Assembly (NCBI GenBank): GCA_050084985.1
Contig: JBITNC010000002.1
Coordinates: 30,070,001 to 30,134,000, forward strand
DNA: 64,000 nt
Direction of reading: 5' to 3'
Source of the DNA: Nageia nagi
Lineage: Eukaryota > Plantae > Pinophyta
The translations under genes were made by a program, and so were the position numbers. Under the pieces are notes generated by a model. It was not told where the DNA came from. It searched no databases and saw only the letters and a list, made by a program, of their open reading frames with translations. Shown here in pieces: positions 24,101 to 36,100 of this stretch. The stretch's first letter is position 1. Each line of letters begins with the position of its first letter.

Positions 24101-27100
24101 GAGGAAAGCAAGTTCGAGTGCCCTTGAGGGGTAAAATAAACAAATGAGCATTTTGGCGTCTGAAAAGCTTTGGGTTGAGCTTGGAAAAGCGAGTTTTTTC
24201 AAAGTGCTCAGAATGAAAATCCAAGAGAGAGGTGTGGTGCCAAATGACAAATTAAGGCCACTTTGCTCTTGGAAATGTCGAAAAAACTCGAGTTTTGACC
24301 CCCAAAAATCTAGGGGGGAGTTTTGCAAGTTTTCCCTCACTTCACCAAATCTCGAAAATGGCCTATTATCTTGAAAACCTGCACCTACCTTTGGGGAGGT
24401 CCAGATTGATCCAAAAGTGGAATTTTTGAGCTTGGGAGTGTGGAGATTGCGATTCTATATCAAATTGGTTTTTCAAGTTTGCGATTTTGACGAGTTTTGC
24501 TCCACCGAAAGTGGAAAAAACAGGAAAATGAGCAAAAGGACAGCCAATAGGAATGCACCAATTTTTTCAAAATTTCAAAAATGTCAAAATGAAAATCGAA
24601 GGAAGAGGTAGGGTGCCAAATCCAATTTTAGGCACCTTTGCTCTTGAAATTTTCGAAAAAAAATCAAAGAATAGCCCTCAAAAAGCTAGGTGCTGGTTTT
24701 GCATGTTTTCCCATGTTTTGCCAAATTTCGAAAATGGCCTATTCCTCCCAAAACCTGCGCCTACCCTTCTTGTGCCCCAATATTGCAAAAAAAATGAAAT
24801 TTTTGATTTTCATGGCATATAGGATGGGATTTCACACAAGTTTGATGATTTGAGTTTTCCAAAAAAATGAGATCTACTTCCTCAAATCATCAAAATTTGA
24901 TCAGCCAATGAGAGAGCTCCAAAATTTTCTAAATTTTCCAAAATTGGCCGAATCAAAAAAGAAGAATGAGGTAGGGTGCAAAATCCAAATGTACGCAACA
25001 TTGCCTCTTGCAATTTTGCAAAAAAATCAATTTTTGACCCCCTAGAGGTAGGTGCTTGTTTTGCATGTTTTCCCCATTTTTCAAAGTTTCTCAAACTTGC
25101 CTAATTTCCCTAAAACCTACGCCTAGCTTGCAAGGGCTCATTTTTGCTCAAAAATTGAAAAATTTGGTCCTAGGTGCATGGGAAATCCAATTTTGCACAT
25201 CATTCATGTTTTAAGTTTTTTGAAAAAAGTGGATCTACTCCCTCAAAATGACAAAATTTGGATCAGCCAATGGGAGAGCTTGAAAAATTTTCAAATTTTT
25301 CAAAATTTTCAAAATCAAAATTGGAGAAAAAGGTAGGGTGGCAAATTCGAAGGAGATCAATATTGCCTTTTGCAAGATTGTAAAAAACTCAAGATTTGCC
25401 TCCCAAAAAGTTAGGGGGGAGTTTTGAAAGTTTTGGGCCAACTTCTCAAATTTCCAAACAGGCCCAAAGCCTTCAAAACTTGCGCCTAGCCTTCTTGGCC
25501 CTCAAAATTGCTGAAAAGTGACATTTAATGCTTCCATGTCATAGGTGGTGTGATTCTACACCATTTTGGTCTCTCACTTGTGCAATTTGGTCCATGAAAA
25601 CTCCCAAAAACCAAATTTTTGCATTCAAAAGGGATTCAAGGATTGAAAACTAAAGAATTTGGATATTTTTCCAAAAAATCTCAAAATTTGAAATCCAAAT
25701 TTGAAGTATGGAGGTTGAATAGCATCCAAAGGCCATCATTTTTGCTTCCAAGCACCCTCACTTTGCTTCAAATATGCTCCCTCTAGACCTAGGTGAAGGT
25801 TTTGCCATATTTCCCATGTTTGGCCATTTTTCCCAACGTTGGCAAGCAGGAGGAAATTCCAAAGTGCAAGTTTTGAACTTAGGGTTAATTTGGTGTTAGC
25901 ATGTGGCACTATTTGACCCCCTAAGTCTATAAATACAACCATACCCCCTCCATTTTTCACCAATCTCATTTTCGCACCCTTATTTTGCCAAATTGTTTGA
26001 GAATTTGAGAGCAAAGTGAGAAAGAGAGCCCATTTTCAGCCTTGGAGGATATTTTGAACACTTAGCACCATTTCCATTCACCCAAATTCCATTGAAATTC
26101 GAAATCCAACATCCTCCATCCCACATGAACTCCATTTTTCAAGTTTTTGAGGATTTTCAGACCAAAACCCCATTTTTCAAACCCACAAACACTTGAAAAA
26201 CTTTTTTTCTAGATTTCAAGATTGATCACATTTTTGGATACCCTTTATCCTTGTGATATGTGATATATGCACGAGGAGCTGTAATTAGAGGTGACACTCT
26301 CTCACCACAAAACACGCAAAGGAGGGCTACGTCTAACAAAAGGGCTTGAAAACAATTACGCCAACATCCACAAATTCGTGAGGAGTGCACATGACACCCA
26401 GGAGTAGAACCAGATTTGAGAGATCTTCACGATGAGTCCGGATGTTTGCAAAAATCCAACCAGCTCTGATACCATGTGAAGATTTGCAAGGAGAGCAAAT
26501 CACATCCAAAAAAGGAAATGCAAGAGCACCACAAGAATAAGAGAGAAGCTGAAATCCTCAAACTGAATTCACTACGGAATGAGAATGGAGTCCAAATAAA
26601 TAGGGAAAATACAAACTAATGGACAACAACATGCCAACCATGCGTGAAGGTAAAATGCACAAAATAACAAGGAAGTGGTTATCACCACAACAAACTAGCT
26701 AGAGAATAGAAAACCTAGGAAATAAATAAAAATACTCCTAAGTGAACTTAACACTCTAACATGATCAACTTCTATTTTCAGCAAAAAAACCAAAAAATAT
26801 ATATGATCCAAGATCTGAGTGCCCAAAATACTCATTTCTTCACAAAAAATTCAAAAACATCTAAAAAAATCTCCAAAAACTTTAAAATTTGTTTTTGAAG
26901 TCTGTTTTGACCGTTTCAAAGTTTAAAACACCTTCCCCGCTCATCTCCCATTCATCTAAGGTGTTAAAACTTGATTCCGGCATCATTTGGCGATTTTGCC
27001 AAATTTCACCATTTGTTCGTGTTGAAAAAGTCAACTTTTTGAGCAAAAAATTGAAAATTCTCCAAAAGTCCTAAATTTTTGCCATGACATTCTCCCCTGA

Positions 27101-30100
27101 GCTAGTTACCTTTGTGTTATCTTCAACTCACCCGAAAGGCCTTGAAAATTGCAAATTTTAACATTTTTCGATGATGGCACACTTGGAGTAAAAAACGCCA
27201 AAAAATCCAAATTTTCAAAAAACTCTCTTTGCCTGCCTAGAAAGTGCCATAGGCTTCCCAAGACTCTTCTAACTCTTGTTGTTCTCTTAGACCGGGACAA
27301 AATGGCATTAGTTGCTCAGAACATCAAAGACTGAAGCAGAGAATGCTCACAATGGACAACACCATTAAGCTCAAACACACAACAGAGCTCGTGATGCCTG
27401 CTGCAAGAATCATTGACCAACTGAGTGAGATTGGGGACATAGATTGTAACTCCCTTGATCCAATAAAAAATCTAATGCAAATACAGACATTGGATCCAGC
27501 TTCACTAGTGAAGGATACATTGAAAACTTCCTTGCTAGTAATAACTTATATGGTGCCATTTGCCACCCCCTTCCCTGAGTTGTGCTACGAGCTAGGGAAG
27601 CATTGTGATACTCGAAGGCGAAGACTCCTCGACGAAAAAAACGAGGTAATCATGGACTTCTTTGAGAAAGGAATAGAAAGCGCATTTGCTTGGACAAGCG
27701 AAGGCATATCGTACAATGTGCAGGACTCCTTAAGATTTTACAAAAGTCTGAAACCTCCAGCTGATTTGATCAAAGATTGGTTGGCCGATGACCGCAAGCA
27801 TCTCATAGGAAGAACCCTAGCAATGCCAAATAGAGGAGAATTCTATCTTGTAGTCTTTGGAATTCGCTGGGTTTATAGAGCTGATCAGCAGTGGTAAAGG
27901 CATAAGGTGGCCTTGGCTCAGCAATTGAAAAATATCTAGAGGAGCAAGAAATTCTATATGAACTCCTACCTGGTTTACCTACTCCTTCATGATAGGGAGA
28001 GGGTAACCTCAATCGCCAATACCAAGTATCTGTATGACCCCATACACCTAGTGTGGGAAAACTACCCACGGTTCTTTGCTCATAATAAATGGAACAATGG
28101 AAACTGGAAGATGATGATTGATGGTTTTGAAGGCAAAATCTATGAAGAGATCATGGGTAGAGCCAATGTACTCAGAATATCCAATGAAGTTGCTGTCGCT
28201 ATCAAGGGACATGCGGACTTCTTTGCAGAAGACAGAGTTCACCTACCTTAGGTTCTGGCTCCAAAGAAGCCCCTTATAAGCTACCTCGTTACGCAAGTGA
28301 CCGCCTCATCCTCATGGAATTTTCAAGACACTTGCTAAACGTATACGACAAGGTATGGGTAAAGAAGGCGGCGACCACTTACCAATTACCTATTGCCATC
28401 GAGAATTATGAATGCACCACCTGGCGTCAGATTGATATGATTAAACAAGAGCTGGCATTGTATGAATTCTCGACCAAGGTAGTTGCGGATCACTATGATC
28501 CCGATGGAGTGATTGGTGCATTTTTTTAGAAGACATGGAACTCATCATATCCACACTAGTCCCTTGGTAGCATTGAGAGGTACAAGAACATTTAGGACAG
28601 CCTACAGGTTCAACAAATTCACAAGGAGCTGAAGAAAGAACAAAAACAGTGAGAAGCCGAAGAAGTTGCCAGGTTAAGAGCTAATGCACAGGTCACCGCA
28701 CCCCTGAGCCATGGGTATATTATTCCCATAATATCACCTTCAGTAACCCTGGCTCAAGGACAAAATGAGCAATATGCTACCAATAGCATCCTCGAACAAA
28801 CCATTGAAACAACTGTCATGGGTACGAAGAATGGAATCCTAGACCTTCGAAGAGCAGGCCTAATCTCTCAACCATTCAAGCACTTGCAAAAAAAAATAAA
28901 TCTCCCGCAAGGTTTGAATCGGAGTGTTATGCGCCTGAATCAAAACCCTAGTACATCATCATCCAGTTCCGACAAGTATGGACTGAGTAGCTCGTCAGAT
29001 ACCTATGAAGAGATGGATCTTAGCTCAATCATCGACACCAACATGGTGATAAACCAAGATATTGCCTTTGATATGGTCGAAACTGATCATTCAGTAGAGA
29101 TCCTTAACGTAGGCAATCCCTCAATTAATATGATTGTACAACAAGCAGTAGGAGTAGGCACTCCAAAATTTGCTCCTCAGAAACATGCGTCACAAACACC
29201 ACCATCTCAAAGGACTACAAGAACATCAACATAGAAGGGTACATCAAGACCCAAAACAATGGCATCATCTTCAGGGGGAGATGATGGAAATCAAGAAGAT
29301 GAGGGAGAAAACAAAGAACTAAGAAGAAAAAGAAGACAAGTAGAGCATGATGTTCAAATCATCGAAGAGGGAGAGATGTTTCCTTATGGAAAACAACCCA
29401 TGGAACCCCGCTTGGACATGGTTGCAGTGATGGCTAATTTGAGTTCAAATCATCCCTACGAAAGAGAAGATTCCGAAGATGAAAATGAGGAACTTTAGCA
29501 GATTGATACTCTTGCTACCATTGTAGGTAAAGTCACCTACAAGGACAAGCTCTACTCCAGAAAGAACAAGGCTAGTACCGAAAAGTTTGCCCTCATAGTT
29601 GAAATAGATAGGCCCCTGCAGAGATTGTTGGCTTATTGGGAATGGAACACAACATCATCACAAATGCACGGGCATTGAGGGAATCCGGTACCCTATTAAA
29701 GCTAGAGATCTGGGAATTGAAGAAGAAAGTGGTGAGTCAGGAAATGGTTGACAGAGAAGTCAAGGATGCTAACTTGACAATTGAAGACATCAAAAAGTAT
29801 GTTGAATTAAACACTAGAATCACCGCCTTGAAACAAGAATGGACCAAGAACCTTATTGAGGCTATCAAAGCACTCCACTCAAACATGACAAATTTCTATA
29901 TTGAGGAGGAGGGGTCGCATTCTTAGACGGAGAAAATAGACTAGTTAATCATCAAATGGAAGAATGGGTACCCCATAATGTTTGACCTATGGAGAAGGGC
30001 AACCCATCATCCATTTGTGCTAGATTTTTGCATAGATTGGTTCCAACTGTATGATTATCTATTCTACATCAAAGTCAAGTCCATTGACTTCATATACACT

Positions 30101-33100
30101 AGGACCCAACTCAAAGTTGTTATTAGTGAGCAAGCAATGGAATATGAATTCTAGGTCCCTTTGTTTGAGGAAAACGACAGCATTAAGGAGTGTATGACGG
30201 TGATGACAGCAGTCCATGCCACCACTGCAAAATAGCTATGTCCCGAGGATCCACACAGCATGAAGACAGGAAGATAGATGAAAGGAGGAATCAAACTCGA
30301 TGCATGGTGCAAGGAAATGGTCAAAACCAATAAGGCCATCCTGGAGCACCTACTACCAAACGAAGGAGTCCTCCAAACAATTCACCAGGCCATCCAGAAT
30401 GTAAAGACATTCATGGGAGATGATTTTGAAGCTAAAATTGCATCAAATGTACAAGTCATCTTCCCACGATCGTCAGAATAGAAGGGTCTATTTTGGCGAG
30501 TTTTTGATATGTAAGCCAAATATTTGGCCAACTTAGTGGATTTCCACTAAGTCCAATTGTAATCTTAATTAACATTTCCAATTAGCTTGTGAATAGTTGT
30601 TAGTATTACAATTAGGGTTAGGGTTTTCAAACTCATTTCTAGGGTTTCAAAAGTCACTTTTAGGGTTTCCAAAACTCTATAAGTAAGAGACCAAGGGTCT
30701 CATTTTTGTAAGGACTTCATTATGAAGAAAACACTTCTTTTCTTGAAGAGAGATATTTTGAGAATTGAGAGCTTATTGTAAATCTTGGCACCTCCCTTTT
30801 CAAAATCTAATACAAAGTGGTTATGCAAAGACTTGAGTTTGACACTTTTCATATTGGTATTATGGATTGATTCTTTGAGGGCACTCATAGTTGGCTTGTG
30901 TACTTTCGTTTTATTCCTTTGAAAACTTTCAAGCTTTAGGGAAGTTATTTTTGAAAAACTTAAAAAAGTGCTTGAAGCTTACCTATTTTTGTTGCTTGAT
31001 CCTTAACACGCAAGTTGATTGGGTATTCTATGTCAGTTTCTACTTTTATGACATCTTGTTAGGTCCTTCACCCAAAACCATGATCCTTTCACTTTGAAAC
31101 ATTCTGTTTCCCTCCATTTGACGTTCCTCCTCGCTCCTCTTTGAAGCAATTCGAATGTGAAGTCGTTTGCTTGCAAGCTTGGATGAATTGGATGCAGAGT
31201 CCTTAACTGATTCGGAAGAGATTAACTCTTAGACACTTTCCCGTCAGTGAACCTCAAACTCATATCCGACCAAGTATCCATTCTTTCTCCAAGGTGTTGT
31301 CCTTCACCTTTACTGTATTGCCTTTATGCTTTCAAACCAAGTACAATCGTTAAATCCACACACATAGGTTCCGAATAAACTCTATACATTAAAGAATAAA
31401 GCATCGTTGGTTAACAGGCTACTATCTCTCATTCCATTCCATTGAGGCTAATTTCAAAGAGGGATACTGCACTTTCTTTATCTATCCCTAGACCAGAAAC
31501 ACTTGCCCAAGCATGAGATTTCGCTTGGCAAGCATACCTACAACGTTAGAACGTTGAGTCGTTGAGTAGGTGCTTCGACAAGAGCCTTGGAGGTACACAG
31601 TCCTTTTCAAATGGGGGCATTGGTAAGCATTCCCAACTATGTTGCTTGGGATCTCTTAAGTTTTGTGCACGATTTTCAGACGGTCTCACATGGGAAAGAA
31701 AAGCATCCCAACAGGTAGTAAATACATACAAACTCACTTAACCGTGTGTAGTAAATATGTACAACTCACCCAACTATGAATGGTAAATAAAACATCGGAT
31801 GGCATAGAACTCATCTTAGTATTGGCATAAGCCTCATCTGGGAGTTGGCAACATCTGAATTTGGATTTTATAGAAAACCTCTAAAAATAGGAAATGCTAA
31901 AAAATAAAAATAAAAGTATACTTTTAGTAAAAGTTCATAGAAAATTCCTAATAACAAATGTTGATCAACAAAAACTAACAGACATTGAGATTCTCATGGT
32001 TTATATGCATCTATAATTTTTCTTGTCCTTTTTGAAAAAGAGATCTTGCTAGGATGTACTACTATAATATGTAGTCTTTTGTGGGGATAATAGTAAGGTT
32101 CCTTATACCCTTGCTGCTTTGGAAATAATTTATCATTAGGATTGTCGATGATATTATTTGTATATTTGTCAGCGATTAGTACCTTAGATTCAGAAGGAGC
32201 AATAGTAACATATGAAGGTGAATGGACACAGGTTAGGGGGAAAAAGACAAAGAAAGGAGGATGATCCTACAATAAATTTGAGAAACACAGTTGGGAATCA
32301 AGTAATGGATGTTGATACTGTGACACCTCAAAGGACATTTAACAATCTGAGAAAGAATCCAAATGTTGGAAAAGATCATGTAGGTAGACCCTTAAGCCAA
32401 CAAGTTCGAAAGAAGAAGACAGAGGAGGACATAGCCAATGGAACAAAAAGAACACTAGAATTTTGTTCATCAACAGAAGAAGAGCAGGCCAAGTGTTCCC
32501 AGCCCACCTTTGGGCTGAGGAAAGGCTTTTTGGATTAAAGCTTTCGAAAGAGGAAGATGTGAATTGGCAACAGTTGGGGTACAATGCCTTTGTATCTTAG
32601 GATTTGAAATGTAGCAAATAGTTAGTAAAATAATTTAGCCTACCAACAGGTTACAGGTCGGTGGCATTTCATTTTTCAGAGCAGATGAATAGTAAATCAA
32701 GGTAGGCTGTTAAATGATAGCAGATATGTTTTGTTATGATCATCAGTAGGTTATTACTAGTGATAGTTTGATTTTTGGATGGTTGTTAGTAGCTTTGTCG
32801 TGATGTTTTAGCCACCAGTTGGATGTAATTGATGTATTGGTGACTATAATTTGAACATTTTTGGCTCAATTGTGGGATTTGATAAAACCCTCCTTTTTAC
32901 CCCTTACCAAAAAACAAAAAGTAGTCCCTTAGATTATGTGGTTCCTTTGTGAAATTCCTTGACAACATTGAGGTTTTGCATGAATAGTGTGGGCTTTGGG
33001 ACGAGCATATGCCAAGATATAATGGAATGTGTTGGATTCTCAAAGGGAGGATTATGATGCATTTCATGCATACCCTATCTTTGGTACCATACTTGTGGGT

Positions 33101-36100
33101 CTGACAAAAATCTTCTTAACATCCATGGATACCCTATGTTAGTTTTCGATACATTCATATTTGTGTTTGATAATTATAAAAGATGATGCTTGTCATCTCC
33201 ACTATGTCTCTATCCAATCATTAGAAACATACTTTCTAATACACGTATTAGAGTTTAGTTAATCCTTCATTAGCAAACATATAGACGTTTAAAATTTGTA
33301 ATAGTAGAATTAACGTTGAGTCAATCTTTTGGACTTTCCATAACCAATATACAACCATAATTGGTCTTTTGATTGTTATATACTTGTGAGATTGTTGCTC
33401 ATCAGATACACCCCTCCCTCGCTTTTTAGCCTATTGATAGTTATTTAAAGTCAATATTTGAAGCTAGCTATTTTGGTATGTGGAAGGTCAATAATGTGAA
33501 ACCTATCTTGCAACACCAGCTAAAGTGTTTCAAGACCATGTTATATCTGTCATATGATTTTTCTTTTTTAAAACACATGCAACATAGTTAATATCAATGA
33601 GTTTGACCTTTTTGATGAAACAAGTAACACTTGCAATGAGACACACATAGAACGTTGTTTGATCTCAATCTCTCTATAAAACGATCAACTTTAAACTTGA
33701 CAATAAAAAATACCAAGAAACCTTTGTTACAAAACATTTATCATTCTCAAGAAATACCTAAATGCAAACATAAAGCATAGGTAACCTTTCAGTTGGCACA
33801 TGTACGAAAACACCTAAGAAAAAGATTATGGGAATCATAAACATTCCTAGGAGAAGAAGAGGATAATTTGTAGCATCTTGAGCCTAGTCAAATAATTGGT
33901 GACAACAGTACACCAATATTGGTTTTGATGGTCCTAAGGTATGTGGCTCATCTCTATCAGCTCTAGTTGGATTTTACCTCTACCTGTACATATTTATATA
34001 TGTTTTATATATGCAAAAGCTGTTATTTATCCACATCTTAGATTGTATATTGGCATAACATGTCATTCCGTATATATTGTTTAAATGCAAAAAGGAAAAG
34101 GGCTAAACAATTCCTATTAGGCTGATGCAGCTGCTACAATGGTCTATATTCTTAATAGGAGTCCAACAAGCTCTTCAGAAGTTGACTCTCATGAAGTATG
34201 GTATGGAAGGAAGCCCAATGTCACTCAAGTGAAAGTCGGTAATTGTTTAACCTATTTTCACATTAGTGACAAGAAGAGGAAGACTGATGCAAAGAGTAGG
34301 CCTCACACTTTCATTGAATATTCTGAAAGTAGAAAAGCCAATACACATTACAATCCAAAGAATCACAAAGTTGAGACTTCAAGGGGTGGTATTTTTGATG
34401 AAAGGGGAGTATTGGACAGACAAAAAGCGAAGTAGGGAAGACCATCCATATAAATAATATTATTGTTGCTGTGGGACAGCTTACTAATTTTCCTACTCCA
34501 TTACATACACCAAGTAGTCTATCAAGCAGCCCCAAGGAAACTTCCTCAAATGATACTTCGATTCCTCTCACTAACCTTATCAACACATAAAAGGGTAAAA
34601 ACAATCTCCAAACTCATCTTCCAAATCAAATACTTATGCTAAGATAGAGTTTTTGAAATAGAGTTCACAAGAAGCCAAGATTATTTTGTGGATCAAGTGA
34701 TAGCAAGGTTTCAAACTTTTATGGAGATGATGAAGAATCTAAAGGTGAGATTGCTAAGAAATTGAGCATTCTTGTTTTCAAAATGCTTGTACTAGTAATG
34801 TGTGGGTGAAAGCTATCCAAGAAGAAATCAGTTTGATCGAAAAAAAATACGTTGGAACTTGTGAAGCTTACCAAGGGAAAAGAAATAGTAGGACCTTAGT
34901 CGTTATACAAGACCAAATAAAATAGTGATGGTAGTGTTGAGACCACAAAGCTAGAGTTTTGGTTGAGGGATTCATTCAAAGGTATGGAATTGAATATGAA
35001 GAGACTTATGCATCAATGGTTTTGGATTGTTGATTTGTTTTCTGGATTGGATAGAGCATCTCGTGCCAAACATTTTGACAGGTTACACGACTTGGTTTAA
35101 TCAGGCAACGAATGAGATATTGCATTTTGAAGTTTGCTTGTCGGACCAGTCTTCTATAGTCGTGCACTCGAGAATTTACTATTTTCTCCCATTTAGTGGG
35201 ATTGGCCTATGTGACGTCCATCTTCTAGGAATGGGCATTAGTTATTGATTGTATCTAGGAGTGAGCTATGTAATTAGGAGTCATTATGTACCTTTTAATA
35301 ATAATGAATTATAATGATGTATTAGTGAGGTTTCGGGATAAGAGATTTATAAGTACAAGGGACCAATTGTGAGCCCCAATGTGGGACATCTCCCTCCTTG
35401 GGTAGATAGGAGTCTTTTAGTAATGTTGTATTTGATAGTTGAGATCCCAAGGTGTGATTGGGCATGATTCCAAGGTCAGATCCAACGTTTGAATATTGAC
35501 GCCATGTTCTTGGTGATTCCTAGGCTAGATCTAGGCACCTAGGCATGAAGTATTCTATATATGGACCTGGCACAACATTGTGAAGACAACTTTTGTTCAT
35601 ACTTGTCATCTTTGACTTTGGGATTGGCATGGAGTCATCTCTTGGCCTCTTGTGGATGAAAACCTGCAGGAGAAGGGTTTAGTGGGATGTAGCCCTTAGT
35701 AGATCCGACTAAGGACAAAATCCCTTAGTCATTGGTTGCATCACTTCTATCCTTTCGTAGTACCAGGAGTTGGGAAGAGCCCTTTGTTGGAACGTCCAAC
35801 CTGTCTAAGGGAGTGTTGCTTCAGCTATTCAGTTTCAGATCTGGGTGTGAGACTCTATTTCCAGACGTCAGCCTTCGAGGAGCATTTTGTCATTGTTACA
35901 TGTTGGATTTGGTCCATTGAGTGAGATGTCAAGCCTATTTTGGCTCTATAGCATTATACTTACTCATTTGTTGATATAATTGAGGCATTATTCATTGTAT
36001 CTCATATCTTTGCTTGTGCGTGGGGGTGTTTTGAGCATCATTTATGTGATTGACATCATTTTTTAGCTTGATGTAATTCATTGAATTTTTGCCATCATAA

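Larger units (their letters stand above)
23305..31713 (+). mobile_element. Giant solo-LTR-like element C (8,409 bp), carrying one degenerate gene
   Basis: Starts TGTTGTGCCCGCACAACA, ends GGGAAAGAAAAGCATCCCAACA; TSD GGTAG (23300-23304 / 31714-31718); no gag/pol and no terminal direct repeat seen. Confidence 0.85.

Noticed and set aside
23521-26014. Numerous 60-180 aa ORFs on both strands
   Set aside because: Fall in the TTTT/AAAA-rich tandem repeats of element C; F/K/L-biased with no domain motifs
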